Assembly: GCA_031411295.1 (NCBI GenBank)
Contig: JANOAV010000044.1
Span: 10,472 to 74,471 of the forward strand
Direction: 5' to 3'
Origin: Verrucomicrobiales bacterium
GTDB taxonomy: Bacteria > Verrucomicrobiota > Verrucomicrobiia > Verrucomicrobiales > V1-33
DNA: 64,000 nucleotides
Positions 10,571 to 20,695 of this stretch are shown here, piece by piece. Position numbers and translations under genes: made by a program. The notes beneath the pieces were generated by a model, which saw nothing but the letters and a program-made list of their open reading frames with translations, had not been told where the DNA came from and searched no databases. Position 1 is the stretch's first letter, and each line of letters begins with the position of its first letter.

Positions 10571-11508
10571 GTTAGATTGGGCGCACTCCCACTCTCCCGC
10601 AATTCCCGCAGCGTGGTGCTGAAGGCACTCAAGTCGGAAATGATGCGGGCGTTCATCGCGATCAAGGTCGATTCGTAGTAGGCTAGATTAGGTCCGCCTA
10701 CGAAGACTTTGACCGTTGCTGGCAGCAACTTGGCCAACTGCTGCAGGTCCTCCGCCAGAGCTGGGTCATCCAGTGGGTAAATGATGCTCAGTGCCAGAAC
10801 GGAAGCGTTATTTCTCATGCAAGCATGGGCTAGTTCTTCAGACGGCAGACTGGGTCCCAGATAAATCACATCCCATCCCGCCTTGCGGGCCAGGGCGGCG
10901 GAAATGACGGCACCCAACTCATGGAGTTGCCCCCGCGGCGTGCCCACCACCAGTCTGGGGGCAGAGGTGGAAGGAATCATCGACTGCGCCCGCTGCGCCA
11001 AGTAATCGCGGATCGCAGCGCTGGCAAAATGCTCCTGGCTTGCCGTCAAGTCACCAGCGGCCCACATTTCCCCGATCTTCCTCAGAAAACGCAGCAACAT
11101 TCGTTCCAAGACCCCGCTGGCCCCCAATTGCAGCATCGCTTCATCCAAGCAGCGCACCAAATCCTTGCTGGAGAAATTCCGGGTTGCCTTCAGCGCTTGG
11201 TCAATCAATGCATCCTCGTCGAGCAGAGGCTCGGTGGAGGTCGGAGCAGCCACCACCAAACCGCCGCCTTCGAGCAATCGCGTCAATTCAGGATCGCTCA
11301 GCGGCACCAAATTACTGATCGAGAAGCCCCGCTGCGTCAATTGACTCAACAGGGCGAGCCGGGCGACATCCTCCTCTGAATACATCCGTCGGGCACTCGC
11401 AGTGCGGGCAGGCGTGACTGCGCCATAGCGTTTTTCCCAGATTCGAATCACATGCGCACTGAGTCCAGTGCGCATGCTAACTGCTTTGATGTTGTGCAAA
11501 TAATCCAT
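10567..11508 (-). CDS. carH: MerR-family regulator with cobalamin-binding domain (CarH/LitR-type photoreceptor)
   Basis: N-terminal MerR HTH (IKAVSMRTGLSAHVIRIWEKRY); W-x9-EH motif (WAAGDLTASQEH); B12 ligand motif GQLHELG...YLG..LP; start set at MDYLHN (11508). Confidence 0.85.
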   Translation of the reverse strand: MDYLHNIKAVSMRTGLSAHVIRIWEKRYGAVTPARTASARRMYSEEDVARLALLSQLTQRGFSISNLVPLSDPELTRLLEGGGLVVAAPTSTEPLLDEDALIDQALKATRNFSSKDLVRCLDEAMLQLGASGVLERMLLRFLRKIGEMWAAGDLTASQEHFASAAIRDYLAQRAQSMIPSTSAPRLVVGTPRGQLHELGAVISAALARKAGWDVIYLGPSLPSEELAHACMRNNASVLALSIIYPLDDPALAEDLQQLAKLLPATVKVFVGGPNLAYYESTLIAMNARIISDLSAFSTTLRELRESGSAPNLT

Positions 11509-11583
11509 TGGATGGTAGTATCTCGGGAGCCCCGCACCCGAAGGTGCTACGTCTAAATCACGATGTGGCATCCGTAAATCCAA

Positions 11584-11605
11584 AAATTCGACAAAAATTA
11601 GACAG
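11584..11605 (+). promoter_or_regulatory. Putative CarH operator: two tandem 11-bp direct repeats
   Basis: AAATTCGACAA + AAATTAGACAG both fit the CarH consensus nAnnTnnACAn; located between the divergent carH-like and desaturase genes. Confidence 0.65.
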
Positions 11606-11709
11606 AGGTAGTCCGTTTGGGTTGCAAATCCGCTCTTGCTACCTGTCGTAAAGTAACTTAAAGGTCATGTAAGCCGCCTTTGCTTCGGCGGCCCTCGTTT
11701 CCTTTTTCC

Positions 11710-12825
11710 ATGATTACCGAAACCCTCGAATCTCCCACCGCTGTCGCTGCACAAGCCTCCGCTCCATCCCCAACTACATCATCCGATCCCTTGAAAAACG
11801 GGGAATGGAAGAAAATCGTCTCCAAGTTCACCGTCCCCAGCCGAGGACGTGCCACGTGGCAATTGGTCAATACGCTGGTGCCATTCATCGCCTGCTGGGT
11901 GGCCATGTATTTCACCGTGGAAAAGTCGCTCCTCTTGACGGCCTTGTTCGTGCTCCTCGCAGGCGCGCTGTCGGTGCGGGTGTTCATCATTTTCCACGAC
12001 TGTGGCCATGGCTCCTTCTTCAAATCGCGGAAGGTAAATGACGTGGTCGGATTCATCTGTGGCGTCTTTACCTTCACCCCCTACCTCCATTGGCGCTGGG
12101 AGCACGCGCTGCACCATGCTTCCTCTGGCGATCTGGATCGTCGTGGGGTGGGAGACATCTGGACGATGACCGTTGATGAGTATCTCAGCGCTTCGCGCGG
12201 CAAACGTCTGGCCTACCGCTTCATGCGTAATCCCATCATCCTGTTCGGCTTGGGCCCGCTTTATTTGTTCCTCGTGCAAATGCGCATTCCATCCAAGAAA
12301 GCCAGTCGGCGGGACCGCAATTCCGTCTGGTATATGAATATTGCCATTGCGCTCTTCATGATCCTCATGGGCACCCTCTTCGGTTGGAAACATTATCTGC
12401 TGCTCCAAGTGGGCGTTACCCTGATTGCGGGAATCTCCGGCGTCTGGATGTTCTATGTGCAACATCAATACGAGGACGTTTACTGGGAGCACAATGACAA
12501 CTGGGACTTCGCCACCGCCGCCCTCCACGGTAGTTCCTTCTACAAACTGCCCCGCATCCTCCAGTGGTTCACTGGCAACATCGGCTTCCACCACATTCAC
12601 CACCTTAGCTCCCGGATCCCGAATTACCATCTGGAGCGCTGCCATAAGTCCCACCCACTTTTCAGCACCGTGGAGCCTCTCACCTTCTGGAAGAGCCTGA
12701 AATCTCTGACCTTCCGCCTGTTCGACGAATCCCAACGCAAGCTCGTGAGCTTCCGTCACATTCGCCATCTGCCGCGGAAACCCAAGTCTCAGGACACCAC
12801 TGGCGGCACCCCCGCCAGCGCCTAG
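11710..12825 (+). CDS. Membrane fatty acid desaturase (Bacillus Des-like)
   Basis: Three His boxes (HDCGH, HALHH, HHIHH), FYVQHQ motif and multiple TM segments. Confidence 0.9.
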   Translation: MITETLESPTAVAAQASAPSPTTSSDPLKNGEWKKIVSKFTVPSRGRATWQLVNTLVPFIACWVAMYFTVEKSLLLTALFVLLAGALSVRVFIIFHDCGHGSFFKSRKVNDVVGFICGVFTFTPYLHWRWEHALHHASSGDLDRRGVGDIWTMTVDEYLSASRGKRLAYRFMRNPIILFGLGPLYLFLVQMRIPSKKASRRDRNSVWYMNIAIALFMILMGTLFGWKHYLLLQVGVTLIAGISGVWMFYVQHQYEDVYWEHNDNWDFATAALHGSSFYKLPRILQWFTGNIGFHHIHHLSSRIPNYHLERCHKSHPLFSTVEPLTFWKSLKSLTFRLFDESQRKLVSFRHIRHLPRKPKSQDTTGGTPASA

Positions 12826-12828
12826 TTC

Positions 12829-13668
12829 ATGGCCATCGTTTCCCTGGGGCGGCGGAATTTACTGCCTATCATTAGGCAGTCTGTTTACGGCACCCACCTC
12901 GATGGCGGTAAGCTCGGGGAGATTCTTCTGCTGGCTCGCGAGTATGTGGACCCCGAGGAAACGTCGCTGGACGTGTTCGTTTACCTGAACTCCGAGGATC
13001 GGCTCACCGCCACCCGGGCCACTCCGTTGGCCATGGTGGGGGAATTCGCTTCTTTAAAAGTCATTGAATTCCATCCCCAACTCGGAGCGTTTCTCGACTG
13101 GGGATTGAGCAAGGACTTGCTCCTGCCGATGCGGGAACAAGTCGGCCGTGTCCGTCCCGGCCAGCGGGTCGTCGTTTATATTAAAGTGGACGAACGCTCC
13201 CAGCGCATCAACGCCACCATGAAGCTGCATCCGTATTTGAATCGCATGGATTCCAATTACAGCGTGGGTCAGGAAGTAAACCTGCTCATCGCGAGTCGCA
13301 CGGAATTAGGCTTCAACGCGCTGCTGCCCTCGGGCCATATCGGGCTGCTCTACCACAGCGAAACCAATACCCCGCTGGAAATTGGCGACAACATCATCGG
13401 CTACATCCGCACCGTTCGCGAGGATGGCAAAATCGATCTCGGTCTCGATCTAGCAGGCGCGCACCGCCTCCCGGAACTCGCTCAGCGCATCCTCAGCACG
13501 CTCAAGGCGGCCGGAGGCTCCCTGCCCTACGGAGACGACAGTTCCCCGCAGGACATCAGAGACTTCTTCTCCATGAGCAAGAAGGCCTTCAAGCAAGCCC
13601 TGGGCACGCTGTATAAACAACGATTAGTGAAGATCGAGCCGGATGGGATCTCGCTGGCGAAAGATTAG
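12829..13668 (+). CDS. cvfB: CvfB/YitL family S1-domain RNA-binding protein
   Basis: VFVYLNSEDRL, GAFLDWGLSKDLLLP and C-terminal winged helix MSKKAFKQALGTLYK. Confidence 0.85.
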   Translation: MAIVSLGRRNLLPIIRQSVYGTHLDGGKLGEILLLAREYVDPEETSLDVFVYLNSEDRLTATRATPLAMVGEFASLKVIEFHPQLGAFLDWGLSKDLLLPMREQVGRVRPGQRVVVYIKVDERSQRINATMKLHPYLNRMDSNYSVGQEVNLLIASRTELGFNALLPSGHIGLLYHSETNTPLEIGDNIIGYIRTVREDGKIDLGLDLAGAHRLPELAQRILSTLKAAGGSLPYGDDSSPQDIRDFFSMSKKAFKQALGTLYKQRLVKIEPDGISLAKD

Positions 13669-13805
13669 TTTGTAACGTGGCTTCGAAGACACAATTGATT
13701 TTGCCGATTTTGCCCTCCATCATTTAGAAGTTCCAGGCGACTGGAGCGAACAGTTTGAAAATCTTATCGTTTTGCTGGCCATAGATTACCCAGAGGTTTG
13801 CAGTT

Positions 13806-14174
13806 ATGAACCTCACTGAACTGAAATCGTCTGTCCGTGCTTTGCTACTTCTGATTGCGGTGGTCACGGTGCTGGTTGCATGGATCATTCCGGCAGGTCT
13901 TCATGTGGTGACCGCATGGAACGGGCAACAGTCACCCATGGTGAATCCTCTCAGCATAGAATCCAGCGCGGATTTCCACCAAGAGCCTGACCCTTTTTCC
14001 GATGACCCTAATGTAGTCCGACTGATCAACCCACAAAATCCGGTCCAGATTAGGACCAAGTTCGTTCAAGTTGGTTCCGGAACCGAAGAGCTCAACTTTG
14101 AAGAGTTGATCCAAGCATTTCAACCAGCCACTGATGCCAGTTTTCCCCACAGCCAAAATGCCCATGATGAATGA
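13806..14174 (+). CDS. Hypothetical protein with N-terminal TM segment
   Basis: 122-aa ATG ORF with an AGAGG RBS-like sequence upstream and a hydrophobic N-terminus. Confidence 0.5.
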   Translation: MNLTELKSSVRALLLLIAVVTVLVAWIIPAGLHVVTAWNGQQSPMVNPLSIESSADFHQEPDPFSDDPNVVRLINPQNPVQIRTKFVQVGSGTEELNFEELIQAFQPATDASFPHSQNAHDE

Positions 14175-14220
14175 GGATCACCACGCTGGACCAGGCTACT
14201 TAAGAGTCGAGGATTATAAC

Positions 14221-14327
14221 CTGTGGCATGGGCGTCCCGCCCATCAGCCAAGGATCGGTGCGGGTGAAATGGAGATGTGACCCAAAGGGAAGCTGCTGGG
14301 CTGATGGGCGGGACACCCATGCCACAG
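14221..14327. repeat. REPIN/BIME-like element (inverted pair of REP palindromes)
   Basis: CTGTGGCATGGGCGTCCCGCCCATCAGCC (14221-14249) and its inverted copy (14299-14327) match at 28/29; GTGG tetranucleotide + internal hairpin. Confidence 0.85.
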
Positions 14328-14407
14328 AAGCAGCGTTCCGTCAGTGCGTTGGGTTTGTGATTCCTCTGGGTTTGACATTACGGAAATTTTCGTGAATTTC
14401 ACCGGAT

Positions 14408-16075
14408 ATGAAATTTCCCTACTTCTTGAACCTCACAATGAGTGTTGCGTTGCTCTCGCCTGCTCTAGCCGAAGTAAAGCCAGCGTCTCCGCCGGCTCCC
14501 GCGCCTACTCCTAAAGATACCAAGGGGGCGCCTGCGGAGAACAAGGCTGCTGAGGCGAAGGACAAGAAGGCTGAGGCCGCTAAAGGAGGCAAGGATGCCA
14601 AGGAGGAGAAGAAAGATGCCAAGCCCGAAGGCCCAGCGAATCCGAAGGAGAAACTTAGTGTGACCCAGCATGTGCTGAAGGTGGGCGATAAACCGCTGCG
14701 CTATACGGCCACGGCGGGAACGTTAACGCTGAGCAAATCCGGTGGGGAACCACGCGCCAACGTGTTTTTCACCGCTTATACGATGAATTCCGGCGGTCAT
14801 GGCAAACCTCAGAAGGAAGGCGGTCCCAAACCGGACGCAGTGGAACCTGCGAATCCTCGTCCGGTTACCTTTTGCTTCAATGGTGGGCCCGGATCATCTG
14901 CGGTGTGGCTGCACTTGGGAGCCTTCGGCCCGCGTCGGGTGCTGCTGCCAGAGGGCGGCACGGGCACGCCGAAACCGCCATTTCAGTTAGTGGACAATGC
15001 CCATACGCTTTTAGAACAGACGGATTTGGTTTTCATCGATCCGGTTAGCACCGGCTACAGCCGTGCGGAGAAGGGGGAGGATGCCAAGCAATTCCATGGG
15101 TTCAGCGAGGACTTGGAAAGCGTCGGGGACTTTATCCGATTGTATGTTAGTAAAAACAAGCGCTGGGCTTCGCCTAAATTTCTCCTGGGTGAAAGCTATG
15201 GGGCCATCCGCGCAGCGGGGCTGGCCGGGCATTTACAAGAACGTTATGGGATGGCGTTGAATGGGATCGCCATCGTTTCCGGCTTGCTGGATTTCCAGAC
15301 CTTGAGCGCCTCCGGCCCCAATGACCTGCCCTACGTGGTGTTCCTGCCCACGATGGCATCGGTGGCGTTCTATCACCAGAAACTGAGTCCTGAACTACAG
15401 AAGGATCGCGCTGCGACCACGGCTGCAGCCACGGAGTTTGCGCATGGAGCCTATGCCAGCGCGCTGTTGCGCGGGGCGGCATTGCCGGCGGATGAGAAAG
15501 AAAAGATCGCGGAGACGTTGGCTAAATTTACCAGTCTGCCGAAGGATCTGATCCTGCGGGAGAATTTGCGGGTGGATGCCAGCATGTTCTTCCGCAAGCT
15601 GCTGGAAAAGGAAAACAAGACGATCGGCCGCTTTGATGGTCGGGTGGTGGGCGATCCGGAAATCGGGGATCCCTCCTACGCCAATGTTTACAGTGCATTC
15701 TCCTCCAGTCTTAATGCCTACATCCGCACGGAGTTGAAGGTGGAGAATGATCAGCCGTATGAGATCCTGACCAGCGAGGTGCATCCCTGGAGCTACAAGC
15801 AGTTCACCAATCGTTATGTGACCGTGGCGGAAACATTAAATGAGGCGATGAAATCCAATCCCAGCCTCAAGGTCTATGTGGCCTGTGGTCACTATGATCT
15901 GGCCACGCCAGCGGATGGGATTCGCTTTAGCTTCAACCATATGACGCTCTCCGACGCGCAGCGCAAGAATGTGCAATTCGGAGATTATGAAGGTGGTCAC
16001 ATGATGTATACGAATCTGCCGGAACTGGAGAAATTGTCCGACGCGCTCCGGAAATTTATTGATGCCGCCAAATAA
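14408..16075 (+). CDS. Secreted S10-family serine carboxypeptidase
   Basis: Signal peptide; FNGGPGSSA, FIDPVSTGYS, GESYG and GGHMMY motifs. Confidence 0.9.
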   Translation: MKFPYFLNLTMSVALLSPALAEVKPASPPAPAPTPKDTKGAPAENKAAEAKDKKAEAAKGGKDAKEEKKDAKPEGPANPKEKLSVTQHVLKVGDKPLRYTATAGTLTLSKSGGEPRANVFFTAYTMNSGGHGKPQKEGGPKPDAVEPANPRPVTFCFNGGPGSSAVWLHLGAFGPRRVLLPEGGTGTPKPPFQLVDNAHTLLEQTDLVFIDPVSTGYSRAEKGEDAKQFHGFSEDLESVGDFIRLYVSKNKRWASPKFLLGESYGAIRAAGLAGHLQERYGMALNGIAIVSGLLDFQTLSASGPNDLPYVVFLPTMASVAFYHQKLSPELQKDRAATTAAATEFAHGAYASALLRGAALPADEKEKIAETLAKFTSLPKDLILRENLRVDASMFFRKLLEKENKTIGRFDGRVVGDPEIGDPSYANVYSAFSSSLNAYIRTELKVENDQPYEILTSEVHPWSYKQFTNRYVTVAETLNEAMKSNPSLKVYVACGHYDLATPADGIRFSFNHMTLSDAQRKNVQFGDYEGGHMMYTNLPELEKLSDALRKFIDAAK

Positions 16076-16094
16076 TCCAAACAGCCCTGCTTCC

Positions 16095-17192
16095 ATGTCC
16101 AAATCTTCCGCCACGGCCGTTCCGCTTCTGCAATCTCTGGCCGAGGCGGCGGGCGCCCCGGGTGCGGAATCGGAGGTGCGCGCTATTTTCCAGCAACAGT
16201 TGGCTCCCTGCGGCCCGCTGCGGGCAGATAAATTAGGAAGCGCCATCTGTGATCGGGCAGGGACGGGACCGCGCGTGATGCTGACGGCTCATTTCGATGA
16301 AGTGGCGTTTGCGGTGCAGAATATTACGAGCCGGGGGTTCCTGAAGTTGGTGGCCCTGGGCGGTTGGTGGACCCATAATTTACTGGCGCAGCGGGTGCAG
16401 GTGATCACGGCCAAGGGGCGGAAAATTCTCGGCGTAATTGCTTCCACCCCACCGCATTTCCTCAGTGAAGGCCAGCGCGACAAGGTCATGGCGCTGGAGA
16501 ATTTGTTCGTGGACATCGGAGCCAGCAGCGCCAAGGAGGTGACGGAGAAATTCGGCATCGCATTGGGTGATCCCATCGTTCCGGTGTCTGAATTTACCCG
16601 CATGGAGAATCCGGATTTGGTATTGTGCAAGGCGTTCGATAACCGCGTGGGGTGTGCGGTTATGATTGAAACGATGCTGCGGCTGCGCAAAGCGAAGCTG
16701 GCCTGTGCCCTAACAGCAGTGGGGACGGTGCAGGAGGAAATCGGGTGTCGGGGGGCCGTCACGGCTGCAGCCATGGTGAAACCGGATCTGGCGCTGATCA
16801 TGGAAGGCACTCCGGCTGACGATACGCCGGGAATGAGTGCTGAGGAGTCCCAGGGAGCCCTAGGCGCGGGGCCGCAGATTCGGTTGTTGGATCCTACAGC
16901 TCTGATGAATCGCCCGCTGGCCAAGTTCATTGCCAAAATTGCCGAACAAGAAAAAATTCCGCATCAAATTGCGGTGCGACGCTCTGGCGGGACCGACGCC
17001 AAGAGCATTCATCTGGCCGGGGAAGGTGTGCCCTGCGTGGTGGTCGGGGTGCCCGCCCGATATATCCACTCACACAATGCCATCGTGAATTTGCAGGATT
17101 ACGAGCACACGATTCGCCTGATGGTGTCGGTGATTCAGGCATTGAATGCCAAGGAGGTCGCGAAATTTACCGACTTTGCGGCAGGTCGTTAG
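16095..17192 (+). CDS. M42-family metallo-aminopeptidase
   Basis: AHFDEV, KAFDNRVGC, TVQEEIG, GGTDA and RYIHSH motifs. Confidence 0.92.
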   Translation: MSKSSATAVPLLQSLAEAAGAPGAESEVRAIFQQQLAPCGPLRADKLGSAICDRAGTGPRVMLTAHFDEVAFAVQNITSRGFLKLVALGGWWTHNLLAQRVQVITAKGRKILGVIASTPPHFLSEGQRDKVMALENLFVDIGASSAKEVTEKFGIALGDPIVPVSEFTRMENPDLVLCKAFDNRVGCAVMIETMLRLRKAKLACALTAVGTVQEEIGCRGAVTAAAMVKPDLALIMEGTPADDTPGMSAEESQGALGAGPQIRLLDPTALMNRPLAKFIAKIAEQEKIPHQIAVRRSGGTDAKSIHLAGEGVPCVVVGVPARYIHSHNAIVNLQDYEHTIRLMVSVIQALNAKEVAKFTDFAAGR

Positions 17193-17278
17193 GTCGTGAG
17201 AAGCAGTTTGCAAAGCGGGGAAAATTACGCTCTGCTGAGCTACCGCAGGTCCGTTGACGCACCGTTCGGCAGTCAGTT

Positions 17279-19135
17279 ATGAAGCACAATCTCCCCCCCC
17301 AACCTCCTCCGCGGGAAAATCAGACTTGGTCTCCGCCCGTGAGCCGCACTTGGCCGCAACGTTTGTTGCGCGGCTGGGGATTGGTGGGCACGATTTTGTG
17401 CTTGCTGGTTTTGTATGGATTGATTCGTGGACGCCAGGACTACCGAAATTTCAAGTCTTTCCTCTCCCATCAGGAAGTGACTAAGGCCATGCAGTTGGCT
17501 GCTGCGGGTGATGACAACGGGGTGATCGCGTTGTTGGAAAAAGCCGGCGCGCGCACGCCGAATGATGCGATGGTCTTGCGGGCCTTGGCGGATTTCAATG
17601 AAACGAGGCAGGATCCGATGACGCTGTATGCGCTGCGCAAGTTGGTCAATAATGGTGATTCCGCCCCGGAGGATCGGGAGCGATTGTGTCGGTTAGCGTT
17701 TGACTGGGGTCATGCCGAGCTGGCTGACACGGAGACGCTGCGGGACTGGGCGCTCTCAGAGACGACGAACTTGGGGCTGCGTCCGCTGGAATTAAGCGCC
17801 CGCTGGATGGCTTCGCGTGGCCAGGGAGCTGAAGCTGAAGGAAGACTGCGGAAGGCCTTGCAGATGGCGCAGGACGATATGGCTACTCCCGCCATTGAAG
17901 TGGCGCTGGCGCGGCTGCTGCTGAATAGTCCACCTGCGCAGATGGGTAGTGCCGGGGTGATTCATGAATGTGTGGTCCTGCTAACAAAAGCCCTCGAAAG
18001 AACGTCTCCGCCCGTGCCCATCCATGGCGAGGCCGCGAAACTCCTCAGCGTGCTGGCGCTCAAGCCAGAATGGGCGGAGCACGTTACCGAGGCCACGATC
18101 GAGCGAACTCGCAAGGCCTTACTAGCCCAGTCGCAGGCTTCGGAGAGCCCGGTGCAGGCGATGGACTTCCGCCTGCAAGAGCGTGTGCTCCAGATGAAAT
18201 ATCGACCGTCGCAGAAGTCGGAAATTGTGGAAGAGGTCGTCAAACTGGCGCGGACCGCCAGCGAAAAGGAACGGATGGTGATAGCGCGGTGGCTGCTCAG
18301 TAATGACTTTTCGCTGCGAGCCATGGAGATTTGTGAGACCATTGATCAGCAACTGACCAACCGGGAATGGTTCACCCTGCGGTTGGATGCTCTCCATGCC
18401 TTAAAACGCTATGAGGAGGTCAAGCAATTACTGGCCGCGCCCGCACAACCGTTGCCACAAATCATTAAGGCGCAATTTTTGTTAACCGAAGAGAAGTCAC
18501 TCCAAGCTCCCGAGGCTGCGGTGGAAGCCAGTCGCAAGGCGGTGCGGGATGCGGCTTCGCGATCCGAATTTAAAGACACCTTGAATGCGGCCGGGGTATT
18601 GGAGCGAACGGGCGAGGTGACGCTGGCGATGGATCTTTTCCAAGGCCTACAGAACCATTCCCAAGCTGGTCTGCCCGCCCGCCTTGGCTTGGTGCGCTGT
18701 CTCAGCGTGCAATTGGAACGCACGCCGGAGCTGATCGAAGCACTGAATTCACTGTTAGTGCTCTGGCCTCATTCTGACGAAGCTCGCAGTGATCTGGCTT
18801 ACCTCCGGTTACTGGATAAAACGCATCGCCAGGAAGACGTGGCCGCGGTGATTAGTCTGGCCCAACGCAATCAGTGGTATTTAGCGTATCGCATCCCCGC
18901 CGCGCTGGCGTTGTTGCGCATTAATGAATCGGCTAAAGCCCTCAAAATATTGGACTCCACCGATGTTCCATGGGCGCAGGCTCGCGCGGGCTGGCGGGCG
19001 GTCTTTGCGGCCACCCTGGCCGCGAATCAACGAATGGCAGATGCCCGCAAGTGGGGAGAGCAGCTTTCCTTGAAAGAGTTGCGTCCCGGGGAGCGACGAT
19101 TGCTGGAGGATTATGCGATCACCCCCAAGCCATGA
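17279..19135 (+). CDS. Membrane-anchored alpha-helical (TPR-like) protein, coupled to the exosortase gene
   Basis: Single N-terminal TM followed by Ala/Leu-rich helical repeats; ATGA overlap with the next gene. Confidence 0.7.
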   Translation: MKHNLPPQPPPRENQTWSPPVSRTWPQRLLRGWGLVGTILCLLVLYGLIRGRQDYRNFKSFLSHQEVTKAMQLAAAGDDNGVIALLEKAGARTPNDAMVLRALADFNETRQDPMTLYALRKLVNNGDSAPEDRERLCRLAFDWGHAELADTETLRDWALSETTNLGLRPLELSARWMASRGQGAEAEGRLRKALQMAQDDMATPAIEVALARLLLNSPPAQMGSAGVIHECVVLLTKALERTSPPVPIHGEAAKLLSVLALKPEWAEHVTEATIERTRKALLAQSQASESPVQAMDFRLQERVLQMKYRPSQKSEIVEEVVKLARTASEKERMVIARWLLSNDFSLRAMEICETIDQQLTNREWFTLRLDALHALKRYEEVKQLLAAPAQPLPQIIKAQFLLTEEKSLQAPEAAVEASRKAVRDAASRSEFKDTLNAAGVLERTGEVTLAMDLFQGLQNHSQAGLPARLGLVRCLSVQLERTPELIEALNSLLVLWPHSDEARSDLAYLRLLDKTHRQEDVAAVISLAQRNQWYLAYRIPAALALLRINESAKALKILDSTDVPWAQARAGWRAVFAATLAANQRMADARKWGEQLSLKELRPGERRLLEDYAITPKP

Positions 19136-20676
19136 GCGATTCCGTCCGTGAACGTCCGTTGCGCTTTTGGCTCTCGCTTAGCCCGGTGTTGTTGTGTTTC
19201 GCACTAGCCATTTGGCAAATGCGGTATGATTGGACGTATGATGAGACTTACAATTACGGCTGGGTGGTTACACCGCTCATGGCCTACCTGTTCTCGGTGA
19301 GATGGCGGGATCGGCCTGCTCCCCGGCCCCTCCCTCTGGCCCAGCGGGGCCTCTGGGCTTGGGTGACGATTGCGCTCCTGCTGCCCATGATCTGGCTTAT
19401 CCGAGAGGCGAATCCAGAGTGGCGCCTGGTAGGCCTGGGCTTGGCCATGCTGGCCATGGCGGCATCTTTCTGCTGGATTCGAGAACTGGGTGGCCCCATC
19501 TGGATGCGGCATTTTGCTGGCGCCATACTTTTCTTTGCAGTTAGTGTGCCTTGGCCCAGCCAACTGGAGCGGACGACGGCTGATTTTCTAATGCCGGTCA
19601 ATGCCTCGGCGGCATTGGAAGTGTTGCAGTTGCTGGGGGTTCCCGCCACGCGCGCTGGAAATTTGATTCAATTGCCGGGCGGTGGTATTCTGGGGGTCGA
19701 AGAAGCCTGCAGTGGGGTGCGCTCGCTCCAAGCCACCTTGATGATGGCTTTGTTTCTTGGTGAATTGCATCGCCTGCGCTGGTTGCATCGGGGTGCGTTG
19801 TTGTTGATCGGCGTGGTCGTGGCCTTGATCACTAATGCCAGCCGCACCATTTGGCTCAGCACCATCGGAGCCAAAGCCGGGCTGAGCGCCACGCATCAGT
19901 GGCATGACCGGGCGGGCTTGATTGTGCTGGGCATCAATTCCGGCCTGCTCCTGCTGCTAGCCACCGTGCTGGAGAAGAAATTTCCCCGTCGCTCCGCACC
20001 TGCGCCCGCGCTGGAGGCACTGCGCGGATTCGCGCGTCGCTATACCCACGGACCGGCTTGGTGTCTGGCGGCCGGACTCTTGATGTTTCCCGTAACGGCT
20101 TATTGGTATGGTCGCAATGAGTTGAAGAACCCGGAGACTTGGACGCTCACTCCGCCTCAGGAAGCTCCCGGCTATGCCGTCTCCTATATCAATGATCTCA
20201 CCACAAAAATGCTGCGCTATACCAAAGGCTGGTCCGCCAAGTGGCAGACCGACAACCAACGGCCGCTGCATGGTTTCTACCTCGAGTGGGAAAAAGGAAA
20301 ATCGCCCCCGGATAACATGAACGTCCACACCCCTGGCGGTTGTTTGATCAATCTGGGGATTGAACAAATGGAGGAGTATCCGCCGATGGTGCTCAACGTA
20401 AAGGGGCATGACATGCCGATCCGGTTTCTCCGCTTCCGGGACCGCAACCGTCCCCTCTTCCTGGCTTATTTCGTAGCCGAAAACAAAGTGCTGGGGGAAG
20501 CCGCTGATGTGGGCTCCTTCGATTTTTCCTACTGGAAACGCTTGCGCTCCGTAGTCGCAGGCCGCCGCAATCCCGGCCAGCGTTTAATCGAAATCGGCCT
20601 CTGGGATGAAGTCGATAAGGACACGGCCTGGAAGCATATTGCCGAATACTTAACGAAACATCTACAGTGGGAGTAG
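19132..20676 (+). CDS. Exosortase/archaeosortase family protein with C-terminal EpsI-like domain
   Basis: Multi-TM; YNYGWVV, catalytic VEEACSGVRSL, NASRTI and WHDRAG; C-terminal H-TP-GGC motif. Confidence 0.88.
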   Translation: MSDSVRERPLRFWLSLSPVLLCFALAIWQMRYDWTYDETYNYGWVVTPLMAYLFSVRWRDRPAPRPLPLAQRGLWAWVTIALLLPMIWLIREANPEWRLVGLGLAMLAMAASFCWIRELGGPIWMRHFAGAILFFAVSVPWPSQLERTTADFLMPVNASAALEVLQLLGVPATRAGNLIQLPGGGILGVEEACSGVRSLQATLMMALFLGELHRLRWLHRGALLLIGVVVALITNASRTIWLSTIGAKAGLSATHQWHDRAGLIVLGINSGLLLLLATVLEKKFPRRSAPAPALEALRGFARRYTHGPAWCLAAGLLMFPVTAYWYGRNELKNPETWTLTPPQEAPGYAVSYINDLTTKMLRYTKGWSAKWQTDNQRPLHGFYLEWEKGKSPPDNMNVHTPGGCLINLGIEQMEEYPPMVLNVKGHDMPIRFLRFRDRNRPLFLAYFVAENKVLGEAADVGSFDFSYWKRLRSVVAGRRNPGQRLIEIGLWDEVDKDTAWKHIAEYLTKHLQWE

Positions 20677-20695
20677 GTGAGTTGGCGAATACCAT

